A DNA stretch of 64,000 nt from Tubulanus polymorphus (lineage: Eukaryota; Animalia; Nemertea): positions 26,756,150 through 26,820,149 of the forward strand of contig NC_134026.1 in the NCBI RefSeq assembly GCF_964204645.1. Direction: 5' to 3'. The position numbers were made by a program, and so were the translations under genes. The notes below the pieces were generated by a model. It was not told the DNA's origin. It was given only the letters and a program-made list of their open reading frames with translations, and searched no databases. This document shows positions 1-21,787 of the stretch, in pieces; positions within the stretch are counted from its first letter, which is position 1; each line of letters starts with the position of its first letter.

Positions 1-717
1 AATATAATAACTTTCTACGAGATCAGTTGTCAACAGTAGATGAACTGATCAAAGAGGAAAGAAAACACATCAAAGAGCACGCTCCATCAAACTTCATAGA
101 TCTCAACGATACGGAATTAAAGAAAGAAATAATCAGACTAAACAGGGAGAAAAACAGCTTGGAAAGTAATGGAAAATGATTCAGTAATATCTGGGGTTCA
201 ATTCGCACAATGAAATAAACAATAATCATTAGATAGTTTCACATTACAATTTAAGGATATCTAATTCGTGTAAATTCTCAAAAATTACGTAAACATTTCA
301 GGCCAATTAAAAGATTACGTTTGGCGAACAGATCAAGAATCGAAAACATTTCACAGAATCGACGAAAAACGTCGTGAGATGCTAATAGATGTTTCAACGG
401 CCAGGCTTTCAGCATTCGAAAGCGAACTTAATGAAAGTTTAGAGGCTGAATCACGTGCTTTACGGAATATCGAGAGGAATTTCACGATAAAACACCAGCA
501 TAATGCAAGCGTTGGTAGCGGCCAAGGTAGCAGTCGAAGAATGTCGATGCATCAGCAACCCGCAAATACCAGACGATCCAGTGTCACTGGTTACGCCGCC
601 AGAGCACAAAAATACGGTTTACGTAATATTCCATCCCATAAAAGAATCTTCGATCCAAGTATGGGTCCGGTGAGACAAGAGGTGATGAAAACTCTCCCAA
701 AATTGAAGAATGATTAA
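1..717 (+). CDS. 3' end of an uncharacterised coiled-coil protein gene (exons <1-165 and 302-717)
   Basis: Open frame YNNFLRDQLSTVDELIKEE...KNSLE ends at donor GTAATG (166). It joins in phase 1 to acceptor CATTTCAG (301), giving SQLKDYVWRTDQESKTFHRIDEKRREMLID...LPKLKND-stop, in frame with ORF 379-717. Confidence 0.7.
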
Positions 718-1400
718 ATTGGTTGCAAAATCATCGATTTATTAAGAGTTTCATAAAATCAAGATCTATATATATATATATATTCTGATTGATAATATAT
801 TTTTCATCTCAAGAATGCGTATACCGATACGTTTCTTCTCACATGGACTATAAAACGATTTAGAGTCCATCGTTTTCATAAGGAATCCTATTCGACTTAA
901 CTCAATTATCTTGCCCCCCGAATTGCATAATCTACGTGAATGCATTCTTGTTATTTATCGCGTATTATGGCTTAGTGTAAATATATATAAGTTCCAGGAG
1001 ACATCAACCCAAGGAAACAATTTGCAGACTGCTTTGTATGACATGTTCCATTCAAACCAGTACTTCGTCTTAGTACCTGAAGTAGTTAAACGAAAAATAC
1101 GTCATAGCTATGATAAATTTAACCAACATTCAGGATATTATGAATACATGGCGATTACGAATGTCTTTTTGAAACATTAAATCGAAAAAAGCTTATCATT
1201 GGCTTGTACATGATATCTAGTCATCGTACATAATTCGATTAAAAAGCCATACACACGCTACCAAATTATGCCTGATTATTAAGTGCTAAATTCATATATA
1301 TATACAAAGCAAATGTCGTAGCAGTTAAAGTCAATTCTTTAGTGCTGAGTTATCCACCAGAAGCAGCAAACGAGTCTGTTTAAGCTTGGTTACGTGTAAG

Positions 1401-3787
<2,387 letters not shown>

Positions 3788-3818
3788 TTTTAACGTTTCA
3801 TTCTAAAAGACCAAGTTG

Positions 3819-3888
3819 TTATCGTTGGTATACCCACAGAGAATTTTAAACAAGGTCTTATCGTCGGTATATACAACAGAGAATTTTC
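3819..3888. repeat. Two-copy ~39-bp imperfect tandem duplication
   Basis: TTATCGTTGGTATACCCACAGAGAATTTT followed by TTATCGTCGGTATATACAACAGAGAATTTT. Confidence 0.7.
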
Positions 3889-6800
3889 AATTTTGATTAA
3901 TCTTGTTCATGAGTCATATTTGGAGTTTTGTTGGCCTTTATCGCTACGAGGCATATGAAATGCTGTCTATCATGAATAAACCCGGTAGTTCAATTAAACT
4001 CTTCATGAATATAATGTCTGTGCGCCGTCTAAAATAAAAATTGTTCAATAGAATCGTGCATTTTGTGCAAGTAGCCATTTTTTTCTCAAAAAGTTATCCT
4101 TCTTAGAATAATGAATTTTCATACGAAAAATCTCAACTAACCAGTTTTTAGATTATTTGTTTGTCACTCGAAACTCAATATCACATATAAGTATACCAGT
4201 AAATTCATAGTAACGTATATTTCTGACCATCAAAGTGAAATCATAGTTTTCTAATATGAATTCTAATATGAAATCAAAGCAAAAAGCTGATTCATCCTTA
4301 TAAGATACTCATTACTTAGATCGGTCAATTCGATAGTGATTTTAAAACATGGTTTCGGAAACGCTTCGATCCATTTCCCACAATCTCAACTCGGCATCCG
4401 ATCAACACAACTGAGTTGCGTTTGAGTGAAGTCAAGTCGTCTGCACGTAGGCCTACCGTGAGAATGTGAACTTTAAACACGATGGAAAATAACTACTTGA
4501 TTGAAATTTGAATCGGCTGCGTTCTTCTTATTCGAAAGTTTTTTATTACTTCGATTGATTTTCCTCTTAAAGAGAGAATACGTTGTGATATTAGCAAGTT
4601 ACCGGAACTCACCTTCAGTTATAGCATATAATCATATAATGCACGCGCGGGCACAACATTTATAACGTATATATATCTTTACTTACAAAATTCCAACCAG
4701 GAACAAATAATTGAAAGCCAAAAAACTTCCTTGTTGCTGACCTAGATCTATACGAACCATAAAATTCAGTAATCTATATTTAAGGTTCAGCAGATTTGAT
4801 CAGACAAAGCTAAAAAAAAATACTTGTCGAAAAACATTTTCTAGCGAAAGGTGCATCCACTCCGTATAATTAGATATACCTGTATATAGTGTCTAAACAA
4901 AAGTTATAGTGTTGATTTTAATTCAATAATGGTGGTGAAGCAGAAACATGTTTGTTCAAGTCTAACGATGTTGTACTGGGTTTCCCCGATTCAAAACTGG
5001 TTTTCGCATTAACCTAGTACCCCTTCGGTCTTACATATCAAGGGATAAGGTTCCACCATGATTTTGATTACTCCCTCTGTTTATCTAAATGATTTAGTAC
5101 TATTCGCTCATCTGGGTATTGACGCCGAAGAAGAACGAAATCTTTTTTCAAAAGAATGAATGTCAGGTCGAGTCACCATTGGAGAAAATACGATGTAAAA
5201 GCGGAAAAAGGCACCGGAATTCACCAGAAATATAAGCTACAGGCACTACACAAAAGTGTATAAGTAAGTAATTATATTTATTGTAAAATTATGTTATATA
5301 AAATCTCAAATGCAAAATTTACAAAACAAAGGTTCTATAAGTGAAGTTCATACGCAATCACGATATTTTACTATTAGATGTTTCGTTTGTACTACAAACC
5401 CACACATGGTTTAACTAATTTAGACGCAAAATGCAGTAAAAATCCTAGTATGAACTTGCCAATTGTATATCGTACAAATAACCATCATGTTTTTAATGCA
5501 AACAGTCATTAACTAGATCAGTAGAAGATTCTTCTTGTCACCATAAAATGAAAAAGACCACTGAATAATGATCGTTAATATACATTGTCACTTAATGTTC
5601 CAGACTCAGGAGAGGTTTTTAAAATAAACTACTTTTAAGCATTGAGAAAAATTATAATGATTTACACGGAGACACAGTATTCACTACAACAATATATACA
5701 TCGTTTATATTATCCATGTTTTTACGAAGACATTTCACCCCAGCCACCAACATGCAATGTACGCTAAATTTCAAGCTGCAAGGATTTTCAGCAGACTGAA
5801 TCTATACAGGAAAGATTGAAATAAAAAAATATATTTAGGAGAATGTAAATCCTATTCAATATTTGTGCTGCTGTCACCTATTATGTAATGTCCAGTAATT
5901 TGGATAAATCCATTATAAAATACAAAACCAATATCAGAAAATGATTTACAAATGAAAAATTCGTAGTTTACAGAAGCGATTTTACATTCTTAGGCACATT
6001 TTCTGGTCCCATAAAAATGAATAAATGCCTCGTACATTGTCATTTATTTCTTGACCGATGACAATGATGTATGTATAGCATCCGATATCTATTCTCTAGT
6101 TTCTCACAAAATGATATCGAAGATCTGATTCTGATTCAAAATTGTCCTTTGAGATGAGAAATATATCATTATTGAAAACATATAAAAATCAAAGTCAGCA
6201 GAATAGAAGAACAACTTGCATCATTTCAAAAAGGAATCACAAAAGGTGTAGCTATATACAGACAGTCTACTAAATCAGTACACTGTCCTTCAACGAATCA
6301 AAATGCTGCTATCAAATACTGTTGAGTTTCATTAATCATTAAAAAAAACGAGAGTCAGGAATACCGGTATGTAAAGCTCCTTTCTTGTGTACATAGACTA
6401 TTCTATGTAAAATTTGGATCAAAAATGGTTACAAAATCATAAAAGAATAAAATCGTGCAACTACAATCTACAGCGCTCTACAAAAATTATCTACAAGTAA
6501 AATAAGATTTTTCTTCTGGTATCACTTACAATTAACAGCACCAATATTGATAATCTCATTTTCGTTGGTCAGTATCCGGCAGATTTTCTTCATAAAGGCC
6601 ATCTCCTCATAAAAATATCAATTGTAATTGATATTTCACATTCATTTTTATGTACACAATTATTACTAGATTGAAACATACCGGTAATTGACATTTGCTT
6701 GTCTTTTACCAAATTTGTTTGTTTATAGGTGTATTTCAACTGTTACTTTCAGTTATCAATTATCATCAATTACTAAGATTTCCCATTTGCAAACACAAAG

Positions 6801-7381
6801 AGCTATTTTGAACAATCATTGTATATTAAGAGGACAACATGTCAACAACTAACATTTCCTGCTACATGTATATTACTTTGAGTAAGGTACAGTAACTCAA
6901 AGAGTCCACTTCGAGTATTGTGAATTTTTTTTTCTTACAACATGTATATACTACTAGAGAAAAAGCACCAAAGATACATTTGACAGTGAAATAAAATATT
7001 CAGCACATTATGCCAATAACAGGTAACTCAGAAAGATAAGATGACCCATCTCATAATATCATACATTTTGTACATGTATTTACAGATTATCAATGGAACT
7101 CATAAAATTGCATAAATTACTTCTTAAAGTGAATGAAAATTAAAGATTAATCGAAACTAAATCGTTTTTAATGACTATCTGTAAAGCAAGGTAAAGCATG
7201 TCATATCATAAATATATTAACTTTGTGATAAGCCATCTGTATTATACCACAATATAATATTAAACTCAGGGTAACTCGGTATGTTATGTACATTATAGAT
7301 GATTTGATGATACGGTTTAAAGCATGATGAAAAACTTGCTCCGAAGAAATAAATATCTCAAAATTTATCGTGACGAGTTCA

Positions 7382-10209
<2,828 letters not shown>

Positions 10210-10799
10210 CTTTCTTCAATCTTTATACATGAATGTACAACAATTAAGTACAGCCTCTTTAATTTATCCTTTTATCTGCAACAGTGACTCATTCTAAAAA
10301 TGAATAAACAATCCACTACATGCAGTCTTGTGAATGCATACTGGCAAAACCAGTTTTGAGGATCGACATTACGAAAATCAAAATACCCTCAGTAATTATT
10401 ACTAAATAAATTAGTTTCTATGTGGTATTTAGTGCGATCGCCCGTTAAAAAAACTTCATTTTTCGATCTATGTACAATTTTGAGCTATTAATTTACGGCT
10501 TACGTCAAAGAGGTGAACAATCTAAGGGCTTCTGCAATCTAGGGAATGATTTATTACGAACGTTTTCGAGATATAACATGTTGAATCGTAGTACTTACTT
10601 AATAAACTTAAAAAGCAGGAAGTAAATCAGCCCAGATATTACTCTCGCTGTAAGGGTAAAGGAAAAGAAAAATATACCTCACTCATTAGAGCTTATACTC
10701 GATATGATAGTATTTAATATTGAATCGTTCTTATCCGATCTAATTAATGAGTAATTTCTTTGGAAATAATGTTAAATCTTGAAAACTGGATATTTTGTG

Positions 10800-11100
10800 A
10801 GGCTATTCTAATTCTGACGTAACCGCAAGATGGCGTTAATGTGCTGAAGCCATTTTCGTTCAGTTGGAGAGAATTTACGATTTTGGGAGTGTTTTTACCG
10901 GTTACTCGTCGGATAATGATATACTTACCTTGCCAGTAGGCTAATCGGTGAGTACAGTGAATCTAGTGATTTGAAATAATGTTACCTTTGCGTTGTGTGA
11001 GTGAGGCCTGGGGGGAAAATGTGCGAGAATTCGACCACACATCCCAGAAACCGAACCAGGCAGAAGCAGCCCACACAGTAACACACGACTACTACACTAC
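10800..11100. promoter_or_regulatory. Probable bidirectional promoter and non-coding first exons of kinase 2 (-) and kinase 3 (+)
   Basis: Genes are head-to-head; locally higher GC; YY1-like CAAGATGGCG at ~10826; minus-strand donor AG|GTAAGTAT (10930-10921); plus-strand donor CG|GTGAGT (10948). Confidence 0.45.
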
Positions 11101-11256
11101 TGCTGACTGATTTGACTCTTTAGTTGCCCACTTTTTCAGACCGTCTTTAAGACTAATCAGCTGATGCCAGATAATATTCTATATATAGGGTTATATGCTA
11201 CAGACGTTTTACTTTCTCATTGCACTACCATTTTCTTCGATTTTCAGGTTTTTAAA

Positions 11257-13698
<2,442 letters not shown>

Positions 13699-16600
13699 AT
13701 GAAGGTAATTCTTATACCGTATATCTCTTAATTTCTACTTTGTTTCTTGTCAACTATTTATTATTAACTATTTACTGCCAATTCTTGCTTGTATGCTGTT
13801 TGTGTTCATTTTGGTTTTCCAATTTCTCTTTTCAGGTCAGTTAATGTATGCTCAATGTGTTTAAACTTTTGTGCTGCTGGAGGATCAGTTTCAAGTTCTG
13901 CTGGACAATCAGTCATTGTTTGTATGTTGCGAATGTATCTGTATCTGTGATTTACTACTGTTTGTATGGAAAATGTGCTTCAATCTTTTGATGACAGTGT
14001 CCTTGACTACTTAAATGAACTGTGTGTCAAAAGTATCATGAACCTAGAATTTTGATTTCAAGAATTTTGATTGGATACAGAATTTTCAGCATGATGCTGC
14101 AAACTCGTTTGTCTTTTGTCCAGCAGCGGAAAGTGAATGTTTTATATTTGTCTACTAAACGTGAATGATACTGAAAAACTCCCCGGTAAAATTAGATTTA
14201 TTTTTGCAATGATTTTCTATGTTTTCTAAATGATGAGCAATTGCAGTACATTTCATTCATGATTCACGAACTAATTTTCAGTTCTAAAATATATAAAACT
14301 TTTTCACCGAGGAATTATTGTTGGTATGAATGATAGTCTGGTGAATTTTGAGCATTTTGAATCAGTTCAAAATCTTTACTCGAAGGCTTGAAATAAACAT
14401 TGATCTGTATATTCTAATATGTTTTTAAATGATTTTACTGTTTATAAGTTTAGAATAAGTGCTTAACGTTCATCTGAAGTGCTGGATAGCTAATTATTAT
14501 GGTATGATAAGTAAAATATCTCTGAAAGATAGTATTTATCCGTATCTGTTGTTTACCTTTGGCAACAGAGGCTCTTTCTAGTAGGATAAGTTTGTTCTAG
14601 CTGTATATATTATACATGTGATTCTACTGTCTACTCGATGATTCAGCGATGATAAAATGTAATCTTGTTACAATTATCTTTTATAACAATTTAATATAAG
14701 ATCTTGAACCGAAACGTCCAACGAAGTAGGATCATTCTCTTTTATCATACAATGTATGTGTATGAATGATAAACAATAAACTTGCTAACATTTTTCGTAG
14801 TTCTCCTCATGGGCTTAAAACGAATTCCACCTAGTGTAAGTTTCATACTGATAATCGGCAATTTGAATTTTTCCAGGGCTGTCCATAAGGTAAATACACA
14901 GCTCTTTGTTGAGGGTCCAAAAATGAATAGGCTGAGAGAGTTGCTGTATGTTATCACTATGAAGTAATAGAACGTAACTGCATGGAATTGGTTACATTAT
15001 TATTGAAATATTGTAATTTACTTCGGTAAGTTTGATGTACAGAGGTTGAGAGATTCACAAGAAAGTCGTGAATCGGCATTTCATATTATTGTATGCTCTA
15101 TGGACAGCTGTTTTGACAACTAGTATAGTACCTACATTGTACTTTATTGCCTGATATATTACAACGATTTGTGTTTTCTGCATAGAGTAATACAAAATTA
15201 AGATATAAATTTTAAGATTTGTAATTTGGCAATATAAATTTTGTGCGAATCTCAATTTGTCGATCACGGTGCCTGTTTAAAGCTTAGATAATTTATTGTA
15301 TAACAATTTTAAAGTGAATGATATAAAATACATAGTTATAGTTAATTAGTGTTTATTACCTTTGAATGAATTTATTAAAGCGCAGAAGAGACCCGATATT
15401 GCTTCTTTGCATAAAGGGTACATTATGAACCCTGTTTAGGTAACTGAATTTAGGACTGATTTATATAATATATTATATAGCTTATGTTTTATGGACTATG
15501 CTGGAAATATGTCTAAAACATACTAGTATTCTGTACCCTCTCTATATATACTGGACTGCTGCTGTGGCCAGTATTCTTTTTTGTTTCGTTTTCTGTTATT
15601 ACTGTTCAAAAGAGTATCATTTACTGAAAGAATTTTGTAGATAGGTGAGTATCATAAGAAAATGCGGTCAGTCAGACAAATTAAGGTAACCTTACTAGAG
15701 TTCTGAAAATATGTGTCTGCTACCGGTAATTATCAGTAAATTGAAAATTGCCATTCACTTCTAACCAAAAAAGAAAACCTGTTATCATTTCAATCAACAA
15801 CTTGTTGCATTTATTTATCATTTAGTTCGAAATCATTGATTCATGTAATATTGTGTAAATATCTCTAAATGTAGTAAACTTAATGAAAATAAGAATTACA
15901 TTACCTTTTCGATTCTACGAGACATGAACTGCACTTGTTAATGGAATTGATCATCATTACAGGGCTTAATGATACGTCTCAAGTTGGCGCTTGCATAATG
16001 TGGATTTACTTATAGAATACGAATGAAAACTCATTCTAGAAGTGAATCGTATTTGAATGAAATATTCTAAATGAATGAAGATAAATTTCCTCAGATGAAC
16101 AGATGCTTTCTCAGTTATCAGTAATAAGAGCTGTGATGCTGTGGTGCTTTGGGATAGCCTGATATTTCTGTGCAATAGAACGTTATTTAGGCAGACGTTT
16201 TGTTGTCTAATTTCGTGGAACTGCACACGTAATTGCGTGTGCATAAGATTTGTACAGGAAACATCGAGCCATTTTTTTTTGTTTAGTTTTTTTGCATGAA
16301 TTGTACTCGACAGATTTATGAAGAAATGGGTATTCCGCTAATTTTTAATTTCTGTATTTGCCGGGGAATGTGAGACATTCATCTGGAAAATTATCATGCA
16401 CGCAATTTTTTAATTTGTCGGGGTGACTGAAAAATTGAAAAATAAAATTCGTGTCTCTTCCAAAAAATAAATGACATGTGAATTGGACAGTGTCGTGTAT
16501 TGATGAAATTGACGAATAGTAATTATTATGTGTACAGTATTTTTTAAGTCCTTACTACATGTTTGCTTACTCTATGATGATGTAGATAAGTATATTGTAT

Positions 16601-16865
16601 TTTTATTTGCAGCCATACATCATCATCGATATGCTAAAAGATGATAAATGAAAATTAATAAAATTGATATCAATATTGAAAACTTCTGGTTTATCTTGAA
16701 TGACTTACATTGCACTTGTTTTTGTCCCCAAACTGGAGTTTTACCCTATCATGTTTTTCACAAAGTTTTATTGATAAAAAGATAGCAAATGGCATACCTG
16801 GTAGTATGAAAGGTCAAAATTCTTATAGGAGAGTCACTTTTCGGAATGATATAGGCTCAAAGACA

Positions 16866-18551
16866 ATGGCTTCGAAAGTAGCTATACCGGCTCCCTTTGT
16901 GACTGTTCCTACAGATATTTCGTATGGTAAACCAGGCCAATTATCAGAAGAACAAATCAAACATTATTTCGAGGAGGTAAGAAAAATAGAAACGATCGGT
17001 TGTATGTCAAAATGTATAGTATTATAGGTTTGGTGTTAATTTGGTACTTCGGGTTACTGCAGGGTTATGTCATCGTGCGCGACTACCTTACCCCAGATGA
17101 ATTAGAGCCGTGTAAACGAGGAATCGCCGAAATCGTTGATGGTTTGGCCAAAAAATTATTTAGACATGGAAAAATCAGCGGTTTGTATACACACAAAAAG
17201 CTTGAGCCATGTGAAAAAGTGCCATGAACTGATGTGACCAAACATTCTTCGCATTCACATTTTAGAATTACACGAAGAAGCTGGAGTATTCCATAGACTT
17301 ACACTGCTCGAGCAAGATTTCCCTGGGGCTTTTGCTCTAATCTTCAAAGCTGGTGAATTACATCAGGTATACGATTGAATTTACCACCCCTTACCCTACC
17401 TTATGTTTATATATGAGATGGGTTCAAATATCTCTTAGCCGTTTTGTATTTTCTATAGTCATTCCGAGATCTCTGGGAAAATGAGAAACTCCTCAACATG
17501 GTGGAACAGCTTATTGGACCGGAAGTTTCTGGGCATCCTGTTTGGAATCTTAGACCAAAGGTTCCACAAAATAGTGCAACAACGGTTCCGTGGCATCAAG
17601 GTTCGTGACAAATGTTAGTTAATCTCTTTATCTTTGACCCGACCATTTGTGTTTCAGTATCGTTTGAAATATCTAATACTTTCGTTTTCAGACTCAGCAT
17701 ATTTCAGTGAAGATTCGTACGGTCATCTTATTCCAACGACATGGATTCCTTTCCTTGATACTGATTCCCGCAATGGAGGCATGCAGGTTGAAGAATTCAT
17801 AATTTTTGAGCACATACTATGACTCTGTTTGAAACCTTATAAGTGCCGTTATTTTCGTATATTCATTAGGTTTTAAAACGAGGACACCAAAAAGGAATAG
17901 TTGTTGATCATACGTGTTGTTGGGAGGACACTTGGTACCTGGAAACATCCGAACAGGAAATGAAAGCAAACATTGACGCTAAGTTTCCTGATGATGTTAT
18001 CACTTGCGAAGTACCGTACGGTGGATTCCTGCTTTTCAATAACATTATACCCCATAGAAGGTAATATTGAGTAAGGTGTATCCGACTGTTTTTTTTTAAA
18101 GATTGTCAAATAATTTCTTGTCTCTTAGTCTTCCAAATAACTCAAATGATGTCCGTTGGAGTATTGACTTACGCTGGCAATCGCCAAAGAAGCCATGGGG
18201 CTTTTACAATATCCAAGAAGGAGCCGCTATGAGGGATAAAAATGGAAAGAAAATTGCAGTTGACTGGAAAAAATTCATGTCCGTTAACAGGAAAGAGGTT
18301 TGGCAACAAAGATACAATAAACAAATGGTGCGTAATCCAGCCAATCCCACGATGTGAATAGATAGCAAGTCTTTCAATACAAAACAATAAAGATAAATTA
18401 CGAACACAATAAAGTTCTTTATTTTCAGGTGGTATCATCAGAAGACGATCAATTTAGTACGATTGTAACTGGTCCTTGGATTGGAAGGTGGAAAATAAGT
18501 CACGAAAATCGCCATACGAATGCCTTTGAAAATTTTACGAAATCATCTTAA
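16866..18551 (+). CDS. Phytanoyl-CoA dioxygenase (PhyH)-family Fe(II)/2-oxoglutarate dioxygenase, multi-exon
   Basis: PGQLSEEQIKHYFEEGYVIVRDYL; GHPVWNLRPK; PWHQD|SAY (HxD); WIPFLD...NGGMQ; FNNIIPHRS...N.S..VRWSIDLRWQ (distal His and 2OG-binding Arg); stop TAA 18549-18551. Confidence 0.9.
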
Positions 18552-19993
18552 GCCTCAAATCAGAAAGAAATCTTTGTTTTTGAGGCAACTGTATTTTGGA
18601 AATTATGTCCGCATCCCAAAATTTACTCTCATCGCTGAGTGCACTCTGTCTGTACGGATCATACTACATAAGATCTATGAATCTTCAAATCGATCATTAG
18701 ACGGGTTAAGGGCTTGACGACAAATTGACGCACATATAATCAAATGATAATTGTTCAATAAATCCTGTCAATAAGATGTATTTACTCAAGTCGTTGTTCA
18801 GAACGCCCTCCCTAGATGTGACAACCCTTGCGATCCATGCACCGGGTTGCGTCTGGGTGTATGGGGACTTCCCAGCCTCGAACCCGGAGTTTTGATATCG
18901 CTTTAGCGATCTCGATTGCTGAATGAGAGACGTCGATCTCACATCTTTTTGTGGAATGTGCTGATCATTGGTGTCCCAGGTTCGAACCCGATATCCAGAT
19001 AGACTTTGTTGTTTCTGTTAAAAACTAAATGCGTTTAATAAAGAATGGTTGATTTTCAAATCGTTTTTTTTTAAATCATCAAACGCAGTTATCAGTAGTT
19101 ATAATATTTCGTAGATGTTCCACTTTTGCTTGTCGACTCTTGGTCAGTGGCGAGTGTATTATGGGGATAGTCAGTGATAGTTGGAAATGAATGGTATCCC
19201 GTGCATATCGCCAACCGAAATCACTAGCCTTTCCTCCTAGATCGCCGAATTCAAATAGGATTTACCAGTGTCATCAATTTTCCTGCAGTCTTCATCTAGG
19301 ACACCATGCTTGATGCTGTATCAGTATTCGTCGGGTCCGTGCCGTCCGTCAGCGCGGCCACCAAATACGGACCAGAACTGGCGGTTCGCCCAACCTACGA
19401 GGACGGGATCGGGACTTCAGTGATGTCACGTGGGTTTTTCCAAGATCGAGGATCACAATGGCTACTTCCTGCCCGGTTGCCAGTCGTGAAAACAATTGCC
19501 AATTGCCCTCCCTGCATGCAAACGCCCGCAGGACCCTGCGATTTGGTGGAGTACTCCTTGACTGGTCATCTAGGCGAACGGTACCTACGGTTAGGGTGTT
19601 GTTGGAGCCTTCCTTTAAATGGGTTAGGATTAGCACTACATTCTGGTTTTGGACTAAAGATTGTGGGCTGTGATCCTCATTTTAGTAACTAAGTAAAATA
19701 CTATGTATAGAAACAATACAAAACAATAAAGACAAACAATAAGAGCAAGCAACTGACAATTGACATGTCCCTCCTCCAGAACTCAATAAAAATGAACTTG
19801 ACATACATTTTTTTATCAGGCATACATGTCATGTGCTTCTATTATTCTATGTATGCTTTATCTATAACGACTGAATCAATTATGTGACATATGTGACAAC
19901 TACAAGCAAGAACTGGACGTTCAAAGGCTTTGACGAGATAGGATACTGCAAGAATTCCTCAATCGACGATAGTATAGTTATTAAATCAGGACG

Positions 19994-21787
19994 ATGATGA
20001 TGTTTTCCGTGTTATTGCTACTGATGTCACTGTTTGGAATTCAAAGTGCAGTGATAAAGCGCGGTGATGCTGAATCAAGAAATCTAAACAAAACTCAATG
20101 TAGGCCTATATATCATATTTAGTTTGTTCGATATATGATGTATTGGTAAAAGTGCAGATCCGCACCTCTCGTGATTGACGCAATCTGCTGAATGACAGAA
20201 TCCAGGCTAAAATCTTTCTAGTGGAGATATCTTAAAGTTAACCCAATGATATTTAATGTAATTGATTGAACCGTTTACGCGGAGAGGTGCGGATCTGCAC
20301 TTTTGCCGATTTGTTTTTCGAGATCCTCTTTCAGATAATATGTTGTTTCTGGTCTGTTTTAGATTTCCATAGTGGTTCCTCACTTAGTAACAGCGTGCGA
20401 TTTATGACAGTAGCTGACTGGGGTGGACTTCCATATACACCGTTCACTACTCAAATTGAATTAGCAATGGCTACTCAAATGGGAAAACTTGCTCAGTCAA
20501 TCCAGTCAGAATTTACACTTGCACTTGGAGATAATTTCTACTATGATGGGGTTCAAGATATTCACGATAAACGTTTTCAGGTAGGCATGCCATAATCTAG
20601 TTAGTTACCCAATCGTTGGTGCATGGTAAGCATTTTATAATCGGATGGGCTTATACCATGTGGTTTGTGAAAATATCCGATCGTGAAACTAAACCACAGT
20701 CAGGTTACTGACTAGCCATAATCATATCACGGCAACAATTTTTTATGGTATCTATCGATCGAACATAGAGAACTTTATATAAGAAGGAAGTTTAAAAAAC
20801 GAATACCGTGTATTTCGAATTACAGGAAACATTTGAACAGGTCTTCACAGCTCCAGCTCTTTATAAACCATGGTATTTCGTGGCTGGGAATCATGACCAT
20901 TATGGAAATGCCTCGGCACAGATTGCTTACACAAAATTATCAGATCGATGGTAAATATCTCATTAGATCAAACAATTTAAGAAAACATACCCTCATTCTA
21001 TAAAGCTCTCCAAACTTCTGAAATAGGCATTTTCCAGACTACAACTACACATTGATGTATAGAGTACCTGGTACAAATGTTGTCGCTGAATTTATCATGA
21101 TAGACACAATTATCATCTGTGGTTTAGGAGAACCACAGCCTACAGGACCAAAAGATGAATTGAAGTCCAAATCTGTCTTAAACTGGTTAGAAGATAAATT
21201 GAAAAACAGCAGGTAGATATTTTGATGCAAGTCATGATACCTTTTGAGTTCAGTGTAATACATGAATTTAGTATTCAAACTAATTCAATTTAAATTTCAG
21301 GGCCGATTACTTATTTGTTGCTGGTCATTATCCAATTTACTCAGTTGCTGAACATGGGCCGACTGCCTGTCTTTTACCAAAAATAGAACCATTGCTTCAT
21401 AAATACAATGTTACAGCATACCTCAGTGGACATGATCATAATCTTCAGGTATACATTTAAACCAGTTAAAACTAAATTTTATATTAAATAAACAGAGATC
21501 ATAATTCTTATGTATTCTGATTTTAGCATCTACAATACACGGATAAGATTTACAAGACGCTAGTCAATTATTTTATAATTGGTGCTGGAGCTTTTATTGA
21601 TCCGTCCCTCAAACATAAGCACAGTGTACCACCCGGCACTCTTAAATTTCATTGGGCTGATGTTACAAGTTTTGGAGGATTCGCGTCAGGATTGATCACC
21701 GCTAATCAAACAACATTTACATTTCATTGTTCTAATGGAAAAATCTTGTATCGAGCAAGTCTTTTACCGCGTCGATCTGGAAAGTGA
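19994..21787 (+). CDS. ACP5: Tartrate-resistant (purple) acid phosphatase type 5, multi-exon
   Basis: Signal-peptide exon [19 protein letters not shown]; metal-binding motifs DWG, GDNFY, GNHD, GHYP and GHDH in order; stop TGA 21785-21787. Confidence 0.93.
20145..20307. mobile_element. ~160-bp MITE with 26-bp terminal inverted repeats in ACP5 intron 1
   Basis: GGTAAAAGTGCAGATCCGCACCTCTC (20145-20170) vs GAGAGGTGCGGATCTGCACTTTTGCC (20282-20307), one mismatch. Confidence 0.75.

Noticed and set aside
5120-5265. Basic open frame RRRRTKSFFKRMNVRSSHHW... on the plus strand
   Set aside because: Short, bounded by stops, with no recognisable homology or exon partners.
10921-10940. ATACTTACCT resembles the 5' end of U1 snRNA
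   Set aside because: Similarity stops after 10 nt with no U1 stem-loops or Sm site; it is better explained as a consensus splice donor on the minus strand.
18960-19000. GGTTCGAACCC as a tRNA gene
   Set aside because: No A box or cloverleaf stems could be built around it.
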